In this document: piece by piece, positions 13,142 to 24,439 of the stretch
Layout of the letters: each line of letters starts with the position of its first letter
How positions within the stretch are numbered: the first letter of the stretch is position 1
Made by a program: the position numbers and the translations under genes
The notes under the pieces: generated by a model
Databases searched by the model: none
What the model was told of the DNA's origin: nothing
What the model saw: only the letters and a program-made list of their open reading frames with translations
Source of the DNA: Octopus vulgaris
Lineage: Eukaryota
Assembly: GCA_951406725.2 (NCBI GenBank)
Contig: OX597830.1
Span: 67,084,001-67,148,000, forward strand
Reading direction: 5' to 3'
Length of the DNA: 64,000 bases

Positions 13142-13419
13142 CTAGCAGTATCGCCCGGCGTTGCTCGGGTTTGTAAGGGAAATAACTATATAAGCATTTT
13201 TAGAGAGTTACTTTCCTTATATAAACTGAGAAAAAATGGTAATTTTTTTAAAATCGTAGACTCATCGTAGACGCGTGCTAATACCCAGAAGGGCTCGATA
13301 TGAATCACGACTATAAGATACCCGCTTTTGGTTACACTGCACCGCAAAATGTGGGAGTAGTTAGGAATCTAAATCGGAGGAGACAGACTCTCACACAACT
13401 TCAGTTTTATATATAAAGA
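13142..13419 (-). mobile_element. Non-autonomous Helitron H1, short form
   Basis: Same termini as 2229-2865. Confidence 0.9.
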
Positions 13420-13711
13420 TTTCAATAAGTAAAACTTCCAGATATGAATGGAAGAGCACTTTTATAATCCAGGCAACTTTCAAAGACAAACTCAGCGCAA
13501 TATTCGCTTCGCGAATTCATCGATCAATTCAGAATAATCAAGCTGAGAGCTAAGTTCGTGTTCAATAGATATCATAGACAATCCACAAAGTCTGGTACAC
13601 ATTCGTGGTACGATGTCATATTTTTACAAGAACTTTTGCAGGTACAATGTATTACAATTTTATTTCTTGAAATTTTCAGTTAACATGGATAGTTTAATTT
13701 TTGTTCAACAC

Positions 13712-14255
13712 AGGCGCAGGAGTGGCTGTGTAGTAAGTAGCTTGTTTACCAACCACATGGTTCCGGGTTCAGTCCCACTGCGTGGCACCTTGGGCAAGTG
13801 TCTTCTACTATAGCCTCGGGCCAACCAATGCCTTGTGAGTGGATTTGGTAGACGGAAACTGAAAGAAGCCCGTCGTATATATGTATACTAGCAGTATCGC
13901 CCGGCGTTGCTCGGGTTTGTAAGGGAAATAACTATAAAGCATTTTTAGAGAGTTATAGCCAAAAAATGGAAAAAAAAATGATGGTAAATTTTTTTTTGAG
14001 AGTTAAAAAGGTCGAGTTGCGTCCCCTAGACAGTCTGTGGTTTGTGTTTCTGATTGTCGACCCCATGTCGAATTTATCGATTTTTTTCAGAACTGGGGGA
14101 ACTTTTCAAAATTTTCGCTGCGTTAGTTTTGAATTATGACATTGGGCTATGTGTGTGTCAAGTTTCATCAGAATCGGTTGAAAGCCGTGGTCAGGGTGAG
14201 GGTACAACCAAACAGACACACAGAAACACACACAGACAAACTGCCGTTTATATAT

Positions 14256-14322
<67 letters not shown>

Positions 14323-14466
14323 TGTGTGTCTGTGTTTGTCCCCGGTTCGGCAAAAGAGACCGATAGAATAAGTACTGGGCTTACACAAGAATAAGTCCCG
14401 GGGTCGAGTTGCTCGATTAAAGGCGGTGCTCCAGCATGGCCGCAGTCAAAATGACTGAAACGAGTA
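13712..14466 (+). mobile_element. SINE family A interrupted by a Helitron
   Basis: Head at 13712-13885 and tail at 14320-14466. Confidence 0.88.
13888..14258 (-). mobile_element. Chimeric non-autonomous Helitron (H1 3' end, different 5' half)
   Basis: H1 hairpin-CTAG end at 13888. The 5' half begins TCTATATATAAACGGCAG and is unrelated to H1. Confidence 0.8.
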
Positions 14467-14698
14467 AAAAAAAATAAAAATAAAAAATAAAAAGAATCTT
14501 AACCAAAGTAAATAGATGACTCATCTACGAGTGGGGGGGGTTACAGGGGATTAGCGACAGCCCTGTGTATATTGCGGATATATATGTGTAAATGCATGTG
14601 TGTTTGTGCATAGCATCAACTATGCAACCTTAAGTGTGTGTCTGTTTCTGAGTATATCGACTTCGCATTTATAAATATCACACACACACACACACACA

Positions 14699-14895
14699 CG
14701 AGGGGCTGCTGAAAAGTCCCTGGCTTTGGGTTTTAAAAATGCAGGAGGATTAGTTAATTATGATTTTATTCAACATATTTCCTTCTGAGATTCACACACT
14801 TATTGCTGCGGTCTTCAGTTTTTCAAAGCCTTGTAAAAGAATTAAACCAGACCTTTTACGATATCCTTAAAGCCAGGAACTTCTCAGCACCCACT
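14699..14895. mobile_element. Mariner-type MITE
   Basis: Imperfect TIR CGAGGGGCTGCTGAAAAGTCCCTGGCTTT / AAAGCCAGGAACTTCTCAGCACCC. Confidence 0.65.
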
Positions 14896-14898
14896 TCC

Positions 14899-14929
<31 letters not shown>

Positions 14930-14934
<5 letters not shown>

Positions 14935-15190
14935 ATATGTTACATTACTCAATAGTCAAGATAAAACTCTGAGTTTCAGATGCCGAAGTGGAAATCCACA
15001 ATACTATCTCTTCGGTTATCTGGCCAGATAACCGAAGAGATGGTGTTGTGGATTTCCACTTCGGCATCTGAAACTCAGAGTTTTATCTTGACTATTGAGT
15101 AATGTAACATATTATTTCATAGATAAATTTCCTCTATTTACATAATATTGAAGTCTCTTTCTTTCTTTTGTTCTCTCACCGTTTTTACCA
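14930..15190. mobile_element. Palindromic Penelope pLTR-derived element with two divergent hammerhead motifs, in (TA)n
   Basis: Spacerless palindrome 14930-15117 centred on TGG|CCA. Plus-strand motif 15026-15088: AGAUAA-CCGAAGA-GAUG..CAUC-U-GAAACUCAGAGUU-UUAUCU. Confidence 0.8.
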
Positions 15191-15200
15191 ATATATATAT

Positions 15201-15368
15201 ATAAACTTAGATAAACTTAGATATGTTTCGACCAAAGATTGGTCCAGGCCATGTCTAACTTAATAGCACCACCTGATAGGATTATTCGAATCCTGTTTAA
15301 GTCAAGTTTTGTTCAAGTAGTGAGTTGTATCAAGTTTTGTTCAAGTAGTGAGTTCTTGTTGGGTGAGT

Positions 15369-15370
<2 letters not shown>
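15201..15370 (-). mobile_element. CR1-group LINE 3' end, same family as 17282-17666
   Basis: Reverse complement of 17510-17666, including the (ATCTAAGTTT)2 tail. Confidence 0.8.
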
Positions 15371-15433
<63 letters not shown>

Positions 15434-15436
<3 letters not shown>

Positions 15437-15673
15437 GGTGCCCAAAAGCAGGTTTATTGTTATCACGTAGGCACTTTAAATTTCTTTTAAAGCATTTTAT
15501 TACACTTAAATTTCTATCTTACAAACTGAAAAGGGAACTTGACAAAATTAACTAAATTAGCACAGAATAATGGTTTCATGTTTTTTTTAATAATTAAGAT
15601 CTATTAATATATAAACTGCTAATATATGAATGCGAAAGAGATAGTTGAATAAACTTACTTTTGGACCACCCTG
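15434..15673. mobile_element. Tc1/mariner MITE
   Basis: TA|CAGGGTGCCCAAAAG ... CTTTTGGACCACCCTG. Confidence 0.7.
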
Positions 15674-15810
15674 TGTATATACATACTAACACAGGTATAA
15701 ATCCGCAGGCCTTCGACCTGTGACTAGTTTGCTATGTACCAACGTACAAAACACCCGGCCCTTGAGTCACTCTGTTACTTCTGTTAATATATATATATAT
15801 ATATATATAT

Positions 15811-15996
15811 AAAGGGAAAGTTTACGAAAATAAACCAAAGACGAAGGCAGGCGGAGTACAAACAAACAAATGTATTAGTATAGCGCTCAGGAATAGAAAA
15901 AGTATTTTACGTTTCGAGCCTACGCTCTTCGATAGAAAAAAACAAGGAGAGAAACAAGAGAGAGAAAAAATGCGTGTAGGAGCTAACGATCTATCA

Positions 15997-15998
<2 letters not shown>
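15811..15998 (-). mobile_element. Penelope pLTR fragment, same family as 7090-7307, with a degenerate hammerhead at 15904-15939
   Basis: Minus strand UUUU-CUAUCGA-A-GAGC(GUAG)GCUC-GAAACGUA-AAA. Downstream sequence matches 7195-7307. Confidence 0.75.
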
Positions 15999-16037
<39 letters not shown>

Positions 16038-16545
16038 TTACACTATTGTATGTATGTGCGTGTGTACGTACTTGGAATGACAGTACAAATGCGCTGCATT
16101 GCTAGTAGCCAAATCTTTCCCAAACCTGCTATTGCACCTTGTTAATACTGTCAGGCCAGATATAGTTTACCACTGAAAAGGTTCAATAGACCTCCGAACT
16201 GCTTGGCCTACAATCATGAAGTATTGGAAGAGGGGTCAATCCGATTGATTATATTGTCGCCTTGTGCTGTTGTTAGAAATCATTATTTTCAGAATGGTGG
16301 ATGGCAGAATTAGTAGAGAACCGGACAAACTGCTTTGTGGTATAACTTAGCTTATTCATTGTTGCCGGTTGCATAAAATATAGACGAATTTTCATGTTAA
16401 GCTTGTAAACAGAATCCAGCATAATAAGAATGCAATACAAACACGAACGTTGTTAAATTTCTAAAGAAACTAACAATTAAACTTCAACAATTGTTATCCG
16501 TCATGTGTATTTAAGAATGATTTAAAAATTTATGAAATTTATAAT

Positions 16546-16591
<46 letters not shown>

Positions 16592-16594
<3 letters not shown>

Positions 16595-16998
16595 TTTTAC
16601 TTGTTTCAGTCATTTGACTGCGGCCATGCTGGAGCACCGCCTTTAGTCGACCAAATCGACCCCAAGACATATTCTTTGTAAGCCTGGTACTTATTCTATC
16701 GGTCTCTTTTGCCGAACCGCGAAGTTACAGGGACGTAAACACACCAGCATCGGTTGTCAAGCGATGTTGGAGGGGGTGTACAAACACAGACACACAAACA
16801 CACACATACATTTATATATATATATACATATACATATATACGACGGGCTTCTTTCAGTTTCCGTCTACCAAATCCACTCACAAGGCTTTGGTCGGCCTGA
16901 GGCTATAGTAGAAAACACTTGCCCAAGGTGCCACGCAGTTTAACTGAATCCGGAACCATGTGGTTGGTAAGCAAGCTACTTACCACACAGCCACTCCT
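16592..16998 (-). mobile_element. SINE family A
   Basis: Near-full-length reverse-complement copy. Confidence 0.9.
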
Positions 16999-17009
16999 AT
17001 ATATATATA

Positions 17010-17272
17010 AATAAGGATAAGATCGTTAATTTAAATTAAAAAACGATCTCATCAAGTGGCCAGCATGGAAATAATTACCTTTTATAAGTTAATAATAATT
17101 ATGGAATTATCCAGTAATTCTTTACTAGTTCTATTTTGTCTTTTTGTCTTTTCTCCTTGTGCTGTATGAACATTTAATGTGGTTTTAGTGTCAGATTTTG
17201 GCTGCTATTTTCAGCATGGAGGTATCTCGTAGATACCCTAAATTATAATTTTAATAATTTTAATAATTTATA
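17010..17272. mobile_element. Rearranged fragment of the pLTR-like family at 7597-7757, in (TA)n
   Basis: 17160-17270 matches 7597-7700 in direct orientation. 17050-17075 is the reverse complement of about 7718-7740. Confidence 0.65.
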
Positions 17273-17281
17273 TATGTATAT

Positions 17282-17666
17282 AGCTTCAAGGTTCATCCAA
17301 GACTGGGACCACGGGCCATACGTCCCCTGCCCAATTTAAGATCACAACATACATGTACACTGCAACATAATTTCTTTTCCTCAACAGGCCCTGCCCTATC
17401 TAACATTGTCCCGAGGGAGATCAAAGAGGAAAAGGATCCCATCAACTTTAAACGGAGTCTGGATAGATTCCTTCAAAGAAGACCAGATAAGCCACCCATA
17501 ATTGGATACAACTCACCCAACAAGAACTCACTACTTGAACAAAACTAGACTTAAACAAAACTTGACTTAAACAGGATTCGAATAATCCTATCAGGTGGTG
17601 CTATTAAGTTAGACATGGCCTGGACCAATCTTTTGTCGAAACATATCTAAGTTTATCTAAGTTTAT
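17282..17666 (+). mobile_element. CR1-group LINE 3' end
   Basis: HPRLGPRA..HNFFSSTGPAL.NIVPREI....INFKRSLDRFL..PDKP..GYNS.NKNSLL*, followed by a short-unit tandem tail. Confidence 0.8.
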
Positions 17667-18088
17667 ATAATTATAAGATTGATTTAGCAAAAGTAATGAA
17701 CTCCAGCGGACGAAACAAGTAATCCTGCAAGTCTCTGTCAGACTTCTTCCGAATTAACCTGAGATACCCCGAAACTTTGTCTTGAAGTTTCGACTTCTAT
17801 TGTGTTTCCGTGTTGAAACTATTCAGAAAATTTAATGATATTCGTGTTAAACTGATTGTTTCTATAGTAAATTTAATGATGTTCGTTTGAATTGATTCTA
17901 TGATTTCTGATGATATTTTTTTTTCTTTGAGCCTATAGCAGATTACCCCCACGTATCAATTGTTGTTTAGCTTCGTGTAAGAATTGATCCAGCTGGCCAC
18001 CGCCTAATCACTTTTTATTTCACTCATCATTGGTAGATTTTAATTTATTCAAACGCCTATTAAAACTATTCTAATATACAGGGTTCTT

Positions 18089-18496
18089 GGATCAACTAAA
18101 CACTTTTAAACTTCGTATACTGGTAGAATGTGTCATATAAAACATCTTTTTCTCTTGGCTTTATTGAGAAAATTCTATAGTTTGTAAGATATTTGTTGTT
18201 TTTTTTCTTCAATTTCTGTAATTTCAACCAATCAATGACGTCCATTGAGGTGAAAACATTCTGTGCCGTATGAAAATGTCCCTCATTTAAGAAACAGATT
18301 GGGTTTATTTACATTTCTGAAGAAAAAAACTATACCCTTCCCCACCCCTAACCCTAACCAACCCTAATTAACCCTAACACTAACCCTAACCCTAAAACAG
18401 ATTGAAATGCAATAGATCCATATTAGGGTCGTAATTATGGGTGACAATTTCATATGACATCGCTAGAAAAAACTGTCGGTCAAACGGAAAAGATCC
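18089..18496. mobile_element. Second copy of the telomeric-repeat MITE (left TIR internally deleted)
   Basis: Aligns to 9381-9812. TSD GGGTTCTT/GGGTTCTA. Expanded variant (CCCTAA)n at about 18346-18395. Confidence 0.8.
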
Positions 18497-18971
18497 GGGT
18501 TCTATTTTTGTTTTGTTTTTGAAAAGAAAAAGAAAAGATCGAAGTTTATGGTTTGAAGACGGGTAGACTTTTGCTGCTATTTCTAACAGATCATGCATCC
18601 GTACAACGTCTTCTTCATTATTGCTTTGTCATTTCGTTAGTTGAACTCTGCTTCCTTCCCTCTTTGAGTTCAAAAGAAAACCTACGCCTTACGCTCAGAT
18701 TTTCACTAAACTTTTCCAAACGGCAGGTAAAGGATGACAGAAAGAAAGACCGCTTAAGGTACTAGAGGGGCTGTTTACCTCTCCCTAAAATGTATGGCCT
18801 TGTCCCTTTAGACTATCATCATTTGTTGTTTAACTTCAGGTCAGTCCTGGATGTAATTTTCATTTATTCTTGTAAGTTTACTGTTTACATGTTTCTATCT
18901 GTGTGTGGAAGCATATTTTCTTTATGCATGGAACAGATATAACTGTAAACCCACTTTTGGGCCACCCTATA

Positions 18972-19364
18972 TCATTATACATAAAAGTGAGGTTGTGTGC
19001 TGTCTGTCTCCTACGATTTAGATTCTTAACTACTCCCACATTTTGCGGTGCAGTTTAACCAAAACCGGGTATCTTATAGTCGTGATTCATATCGAGCCCT
19101 TCTGGGTATTAGCACGCGTCTACGATGAGTCTACGATTTTAAGAATAATTTACCATCAATTTTTCCCATTTTTAATGCATTTTTGGCATATATAAGGGAA
19201 GTAACTCTCTAAAAATTTATTATTAAATCTCAGAACGTAAAAAGCTACAGTACCCCCCCTTTGTGGTTAGCCATATTGAGATGGCTATTATACTTTACAT
19301 CTCTAAAAATGCTTATATAGTTATTTCCCTTACAGATACGAGCAACGCCGGGCGATACTGCTAG
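18972..19364 (+). mobile_element. Non-autonomous Helitron H1
   Basis: A|TC...GAGCAACGCCGGGCGATACTGCTAG|T. Confidence 0.88.
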
Positions 19365-19471
19365 TATATATATATATATAAACGGTAAGACGACAAAAGA
19401 AAGAAAGAGACCTCGATATTATGTAAATAGAGGAATTTATCTGTAAATGTAATAACGTTTTTCCGATGGCC

Positions 19472-19534
19472 GGATAACTGAAGAGATGGTGGCGTGGATT
19501 TACACCTTGGCATCCGAAACTCGGAGTTTTATCT
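19472..19534 (+). ncRNA. Type I hammerhead ribozyme motif with canonical core, in a pLTR-like piece (19381-19571)
   Basis: GGAUAA-CUGAAGA-GAUG..CAUC-C-GAAACUCGGAGUU-UUAUCU. Same family as 15026-15088. Confidence 0.8.
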
Positions 19535-20003
19535 TGGCTACCGAATAATTGTCACATATTACATTTTCAGATATATATATATAATGAGTTCATTACTGGG
19601 GTCCGGAACTCTCGTGGGAAAAAAATTTTCGCGTTCAGGAACTGGGGTAGTCCTCTCTCTCTCTCTCTCTCTCTCTCCTCCTGCAGTCATATCCTGTTTT
19701 TTTTTGCTGGATCAAGGACGATAGAGGGGTGGAGCAGGGGCAAGATGGTGTCTACGTCTGCTCGCGACTGCACAGGTGTCTAAAATATTAATTTTTCAAT
19801 TAACCCAGTTTAACGTATAATTAAACGAAAATATGACGATGCTGTCACGTTAACAAAGCTCTCAGTTTTACAAAAGCCTTCACTCTTTTTTAAGAGGAGA
19901 GTCATTTATTTATTTATTTATTTATTTTCATTTATTTATTATTGGATAGGGTATTGAATGTTCGATTCGGTACATGCCTATTAATTTTTCATTTTGCCGA
20001 ATA

Positions 20004-20402
20004 TTTTTATATATAAAAGTCAAGTTGTGTGTCTGTCTCCTACGATTTAGATTCCTAACTACTCCCACATTTTGCGGTGCAGTGTAACCAAAAGCGGGTA
20101 TCTTATAGTCGTGATTCATATCGAGCCCTTCTGGGTATTAGTGCGCGTCTACGATGAGTCTACTATTTTAAAAATAATTTACCATCATTTTTTTCCATTT
20201 TAATGTATTTTTTCGCTATTATATAAGGGAAGTAACTCTCTAAAAATGTCTACGATGAGTCAACGATTTTAAAAAAAATTTACCATAATTTTTTTTCCAT
20301 TTTTAATGCATTTTTTTTGCTATTTTTTGGCTATAACTCTCTAAAAATGCTTATATAGTTATTTCCCTTACAAACCCGAGCAACGCCGGGCGATACTGCT
20401 AG
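20004..20402 (+). mobile_element. Non-autonomous Helitron H1
   Basis: Same body and hairpin-CTAG|T end as the other H1 copies. Confidence 0.88.
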
Positions 20403-20838
20403 TAACGTATAATTTAACAAAACTAACGCCACTCTTTCACTTTATCCTCAATCTTAGTTTCACAAAAAGCTTTCGTTTTCGCATTTGTTGTGAGGACCAC
20501 TTAATAATCGAACACCGCCCCCCCCATTCCGATCGAAATATCGGCCTCTCCTCAATAGAAACTATAACGAACTCGTATCAGTGCCTATATATTTGAAAAT
20601 CATTGGTAATTAAGACCTCGTAATTCATTAGGACGTAAAGATTGCAGCTGAAATCTTCATGAAGTCATTTAAATAAGGGCTGCCCTATTAATGGGGTCGC
20701 GGACTAATATTATGCTGTGGATCATTTGCTACTGGGCCGTATTAGTAAGAATAAATTTTAAAATGTTGACTTCCACATCTGTATGGTGTTTTTGCATTTT
20801 ATGTCTTACGTATGTAATAATTAAATTATATATTATGC

Positions 20839-21060
20839 ACTGGCAGAAACGTTAGCACGCCGGGCGAAATGTTTAGCGGTATTTCGTCTGCCGTTACGTT
20901 CTGAGTTCAAATTCCGCCGAGGTTGACTTTGCCTTTCATCCTTTCGGGGTCGATAAATTAAGTACCAGTTACGCACTGGGGTCGATGGAATCGACTTAAT
21001 CGCTTTGTCTGTCCTTGTTTGTCCCCTCTGTGTTTAGCCCCTTGTGGGTAGTAAAGAAAT
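20839..21060 (+). mobile_element. SINE family B
   Basis: Matches 10044-10279. Confidence 0.88.
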
Positions 21061-21350
21061 ATATATATTATGCTCTTTATTGGGCGATCCTTCGGTATAA
21101 GTACACACATGACTTTGTTTACATTTCTGAAGATAACAGAAACCTTTTTCTCCTAACCCTAACCCTAACCCCCCCGCCCCCATATATAAAAAAAACACTT
21201 TCTTGAAATGTATCCGGTACTTCCGGTACTTATACCGAAGTTACGCCCTTTATTGTATTTTGTTATGCGCATGGTCCTCTGGTTTGTGGAAATATTGTCT
21301 TGCATGAGACCGGTCCGTGCTGCAAAAGAATAACAAAAGGAAAAAAAAGG

Positions 21351-21987
21351 GTCAAACTCCAGTGTTTGACCCGAGCAAAAAAACAAAAAAAAAAGTGCAA
21401 TAGGTGTAAAACTTGTAGCAAACAAATATGAAAAAGAAAATGTGTGCTGGTGAACGGAGGGTGGGGGAGAGAACTCGGAAAATTCACACGTTCCGATTTT
21501 TCCCCCGAAAGAAAATGGATATTCTTCCCAACCACGCGGTTCCGGGTTCAGTTCCACTGCATGGCACCTTGGGCAAGTGAATTTTCCGAGTCCTCTCCCT
21601 CGCCCCCCCTCGTTCTCCAGCACGCATTTTTTTTCGTATTCGTTTACTACATGTAAACTATATATATTTTTATTTTTGTGACTGGGTGTCGAAGTGGGGT
21701 TACTGGATCGTGTGAATTATCCGACTCCGCACTCCACCCCATCCCCCTTCACAAAAATTGAAAAAAAGTATAGTGTAAAACAACATGTAGTAAACGAATA
21801 TGAAGAAAACAAAAATTCACCAATGAACGGGGAAGTGGTGAGAGGACTCGGAACATTCCCCATGTGAATTTTCCGAGTCCCCACCCCCGTTTGCCAGCGC
21901 GCATTTTTTTCATATTCGTTTACTACATGTTGTTTTACACCTATTGTACTATTTTTTTGTTGCTCGGATCAAACACTGGAGTTTGAC
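21351..21987. repeat. Foldback-type element with long inverted arms and internal alternating subunits
   Basis: GTCAAACTCCAGTGTTTGA at 21351 and its reverse complement ending at 21987. An approximately 100-bp unit occurs four times in alternating orientation. Confidence 0.7.
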
Positions 21988-22699
21988 TGAAAAATGTAGG
22001 GAACCGCTGATTTAAAGATTGACTCGTCTTGGTTTGACTCGTCCACTACATAGGAAACTATCGGATAATTTGAAAGCATCACAATTGTTTCTGACTTAAA
22101 GCACAAGGCCAGCTAATTTAAGGAGAGAAGATCGGTTGATACCATCAACCTCAGTACATGACATCTATTCTATCAACCTCCGAAAGGATTAAAGGCAAAG
22201 TTGGCCTCGTTGGAATTCGAACTCGGGAGTTAAAGAGCCGGAACAAATACTGCAAAGTATTTTCATTCCGACGCTCTAACGATTCTGTCAGCTCCACCAC
22301 CTCATGGAGCATATTGATGAAACTATCTTTCTTCCATATGTGAACTCTGCAGCCACAGTGTACGTAATTATTGATAATTGAGACAGCGGAATAAAATTCT
22401 CAGCCGGAGGAAAAAAAAAGAAAAAGTTTGACGTTTTGAAGCAGAAACGGAGAGAGATTACATGTTTACTGTAAACATTTAATCACTCCGAAAAGTCTAG
22501 TCTTCCTTGCGGCATATAATTTATTCTACTGTTTGAACTCTTTGTATTGCTATTTGCCATCACAGAGCATTTCTAGTTTCTTCAGAATCTGATGGTTTAT
22601 TATATACAGATCGGTGGACTGAGCTTGTGAATGTTAAGTGTATTTTCCCAGAAATACATGGTAGAATTGATACTTCGGAGTCAGCCGCCATAGCTATCG

Positions 22700-22985
22700 T
22701 TCTATCTTTAGTTTGCAGGCCGTCTCATCCAACTATCTAAAAATGCCAATTCTTAAATTTCCCAAAATAACTTTTGCTGTCACTGTTTCCACGGCAACTT
22801 AAATGTCAAAAAGCAATGCAACATTTCTCATTCTACATTGAGCACTTTCAACAAGACTCTCATCTCTCCGAGGTCGTCTTCATTGGCGATTTCCATAAGT
22901 ATAACTTTTGATAGCTTTTTCACACCATCTGCTTTGACGCAACTGGTTTAGCGACTGCATTATCTGCTTTCGTAAATAATCTATA
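22700..22985 (+). pseudogene. Highly decayed LINE APE-endonuclease fragment
   Basis: SEVVFIGDFHKYN..TICFDATG......NNL resembles the GDFN motif region of APE endonucleases. Confidence 0.35.
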
Positions 22986-24439
22986 CTTCTCCCTTTCACC
23001 TTTACTTTCTCTCCGATCGATCTTCTGACTTTCCAAACGTATTTGATCTTTACCGCACATCAACACCCATATTTTATTCAAACATTTTCTTTTCCCTCGT
23101 CCACATAATTTACACCGCAACAAAAATTCACAACAAAGTCATTTAAAATTAACCACACAGACTTTTGTATCATTTGTTTCCTTGTCCCAGATGTTCATTC
23201 AAATTCCCAGTATTTTTAAGAGTTATTTTTAGTAGGATGGCCTTCGGGTTATGTTTCTACTTTCACTTTCGCATTAGTTGTTAGTACGAGTTCGTTCGGT
23301 GGCCAACGAAGCTTTTTTTTTTTGTATTTAGTTTGTTAGGTTCAGGCATACGTGTGTAGTTGAAAAATTTGTTTCGTAACCACCTGGTTTCGGGTTCAGC
23401 TCCACTACTCTACACCTTGGGTAAGAGTTTCATACTATAGCCCCAAGCCAACATATCTCCGGTCCGTCTATTATCTCATTAGTGAATTTGGTAGATGGAA
23501 GCCTATCGTGTGTGTGTGTGTGTGTGTGTGCACGCACGTATTTATATGAATGTCTGGTCTTGCATTCAGTCCCACTGTGTGACACCTTGACAAATGTGTT
23601 CTAATATAGCCTTCGTCCGACAAAAACCTTGTGAGTGGATTTGGTAGACGGAAACTGAAAGAAGCCTGTCATCCATGTGCGTGTGCATGTATGTCTTTGT
23701 GTCTGTGTTTGTCTCCCCTCCCACCAGCACCATCACTTGGCAACAGGTGGTGGTATATTTGTCTCTGTAACTTAGCGGTTTGGAGACCAATGGAATAAGG
23801 CTTTACACAAATGAGTCCTGGGGTCGATTCATTCGACTGAAAATTGACCAATCGAAGTTTTTTTATTTTACTTGTTTCAGTCCTTGGTCTGTATGTATGT
23901 ATGTATGTATATTTTATAAAATGGTTCAGTAGTTAGAGCATCGGGCTCACAGTCATGAGGTAGTGAGTTCTATTCCCAGACAGGGCTTTGTGTTGTGTTC
24001 TTGAACAAGCAAAACACTTTAATTCCCATTGCTCCAGTTCATTCAGCTGAAGAAATAAGGTGCTATGTCACTGATGCCAAGCTGTATTAGCCTTTGCCTT
24101 TCCCTTGGATAACATCAGTGGTGTGGAGAGAGGGGAGGCTGGTATGCATGGGTAACTGCAGGTCTTCCATTAACAACCTTGCCCAGACTTGTGCCTCAGA
24201 GGAGAACTAGGTGTAACCGAAAGGGGTCTTTATCCTAATTCAATTAATGAGATATGCTAACAGTATAAACAGTGAAGAAGTGCTTTGAAAATAAATCTCC
24301 TGAAGATGATTAAAATCTTGCAACTTCACATTTTCATAACTTCAGCAAATGATAATTGTCTTTCAATTTCTTTATTAAAAGCATGTAGACTGCAAATAGT
24401 TTAAATAGTAAAAAGGAAAAAAGAAGTGTCCACCAACCA

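Noticed and set aside
18346-18395. Possible telomere or chromosome-fusion scar
   Set aside because: Short array internal to a TIR element present in several copies.
22920-23123. 67-aa Lys/Arg/Cys-rich minus-strand ORF near the inferred promoter
   Set aside because: Non-ATG start, no recognisable motif, and it overlaps a decayed LINE endonuclease trace on the other strand.
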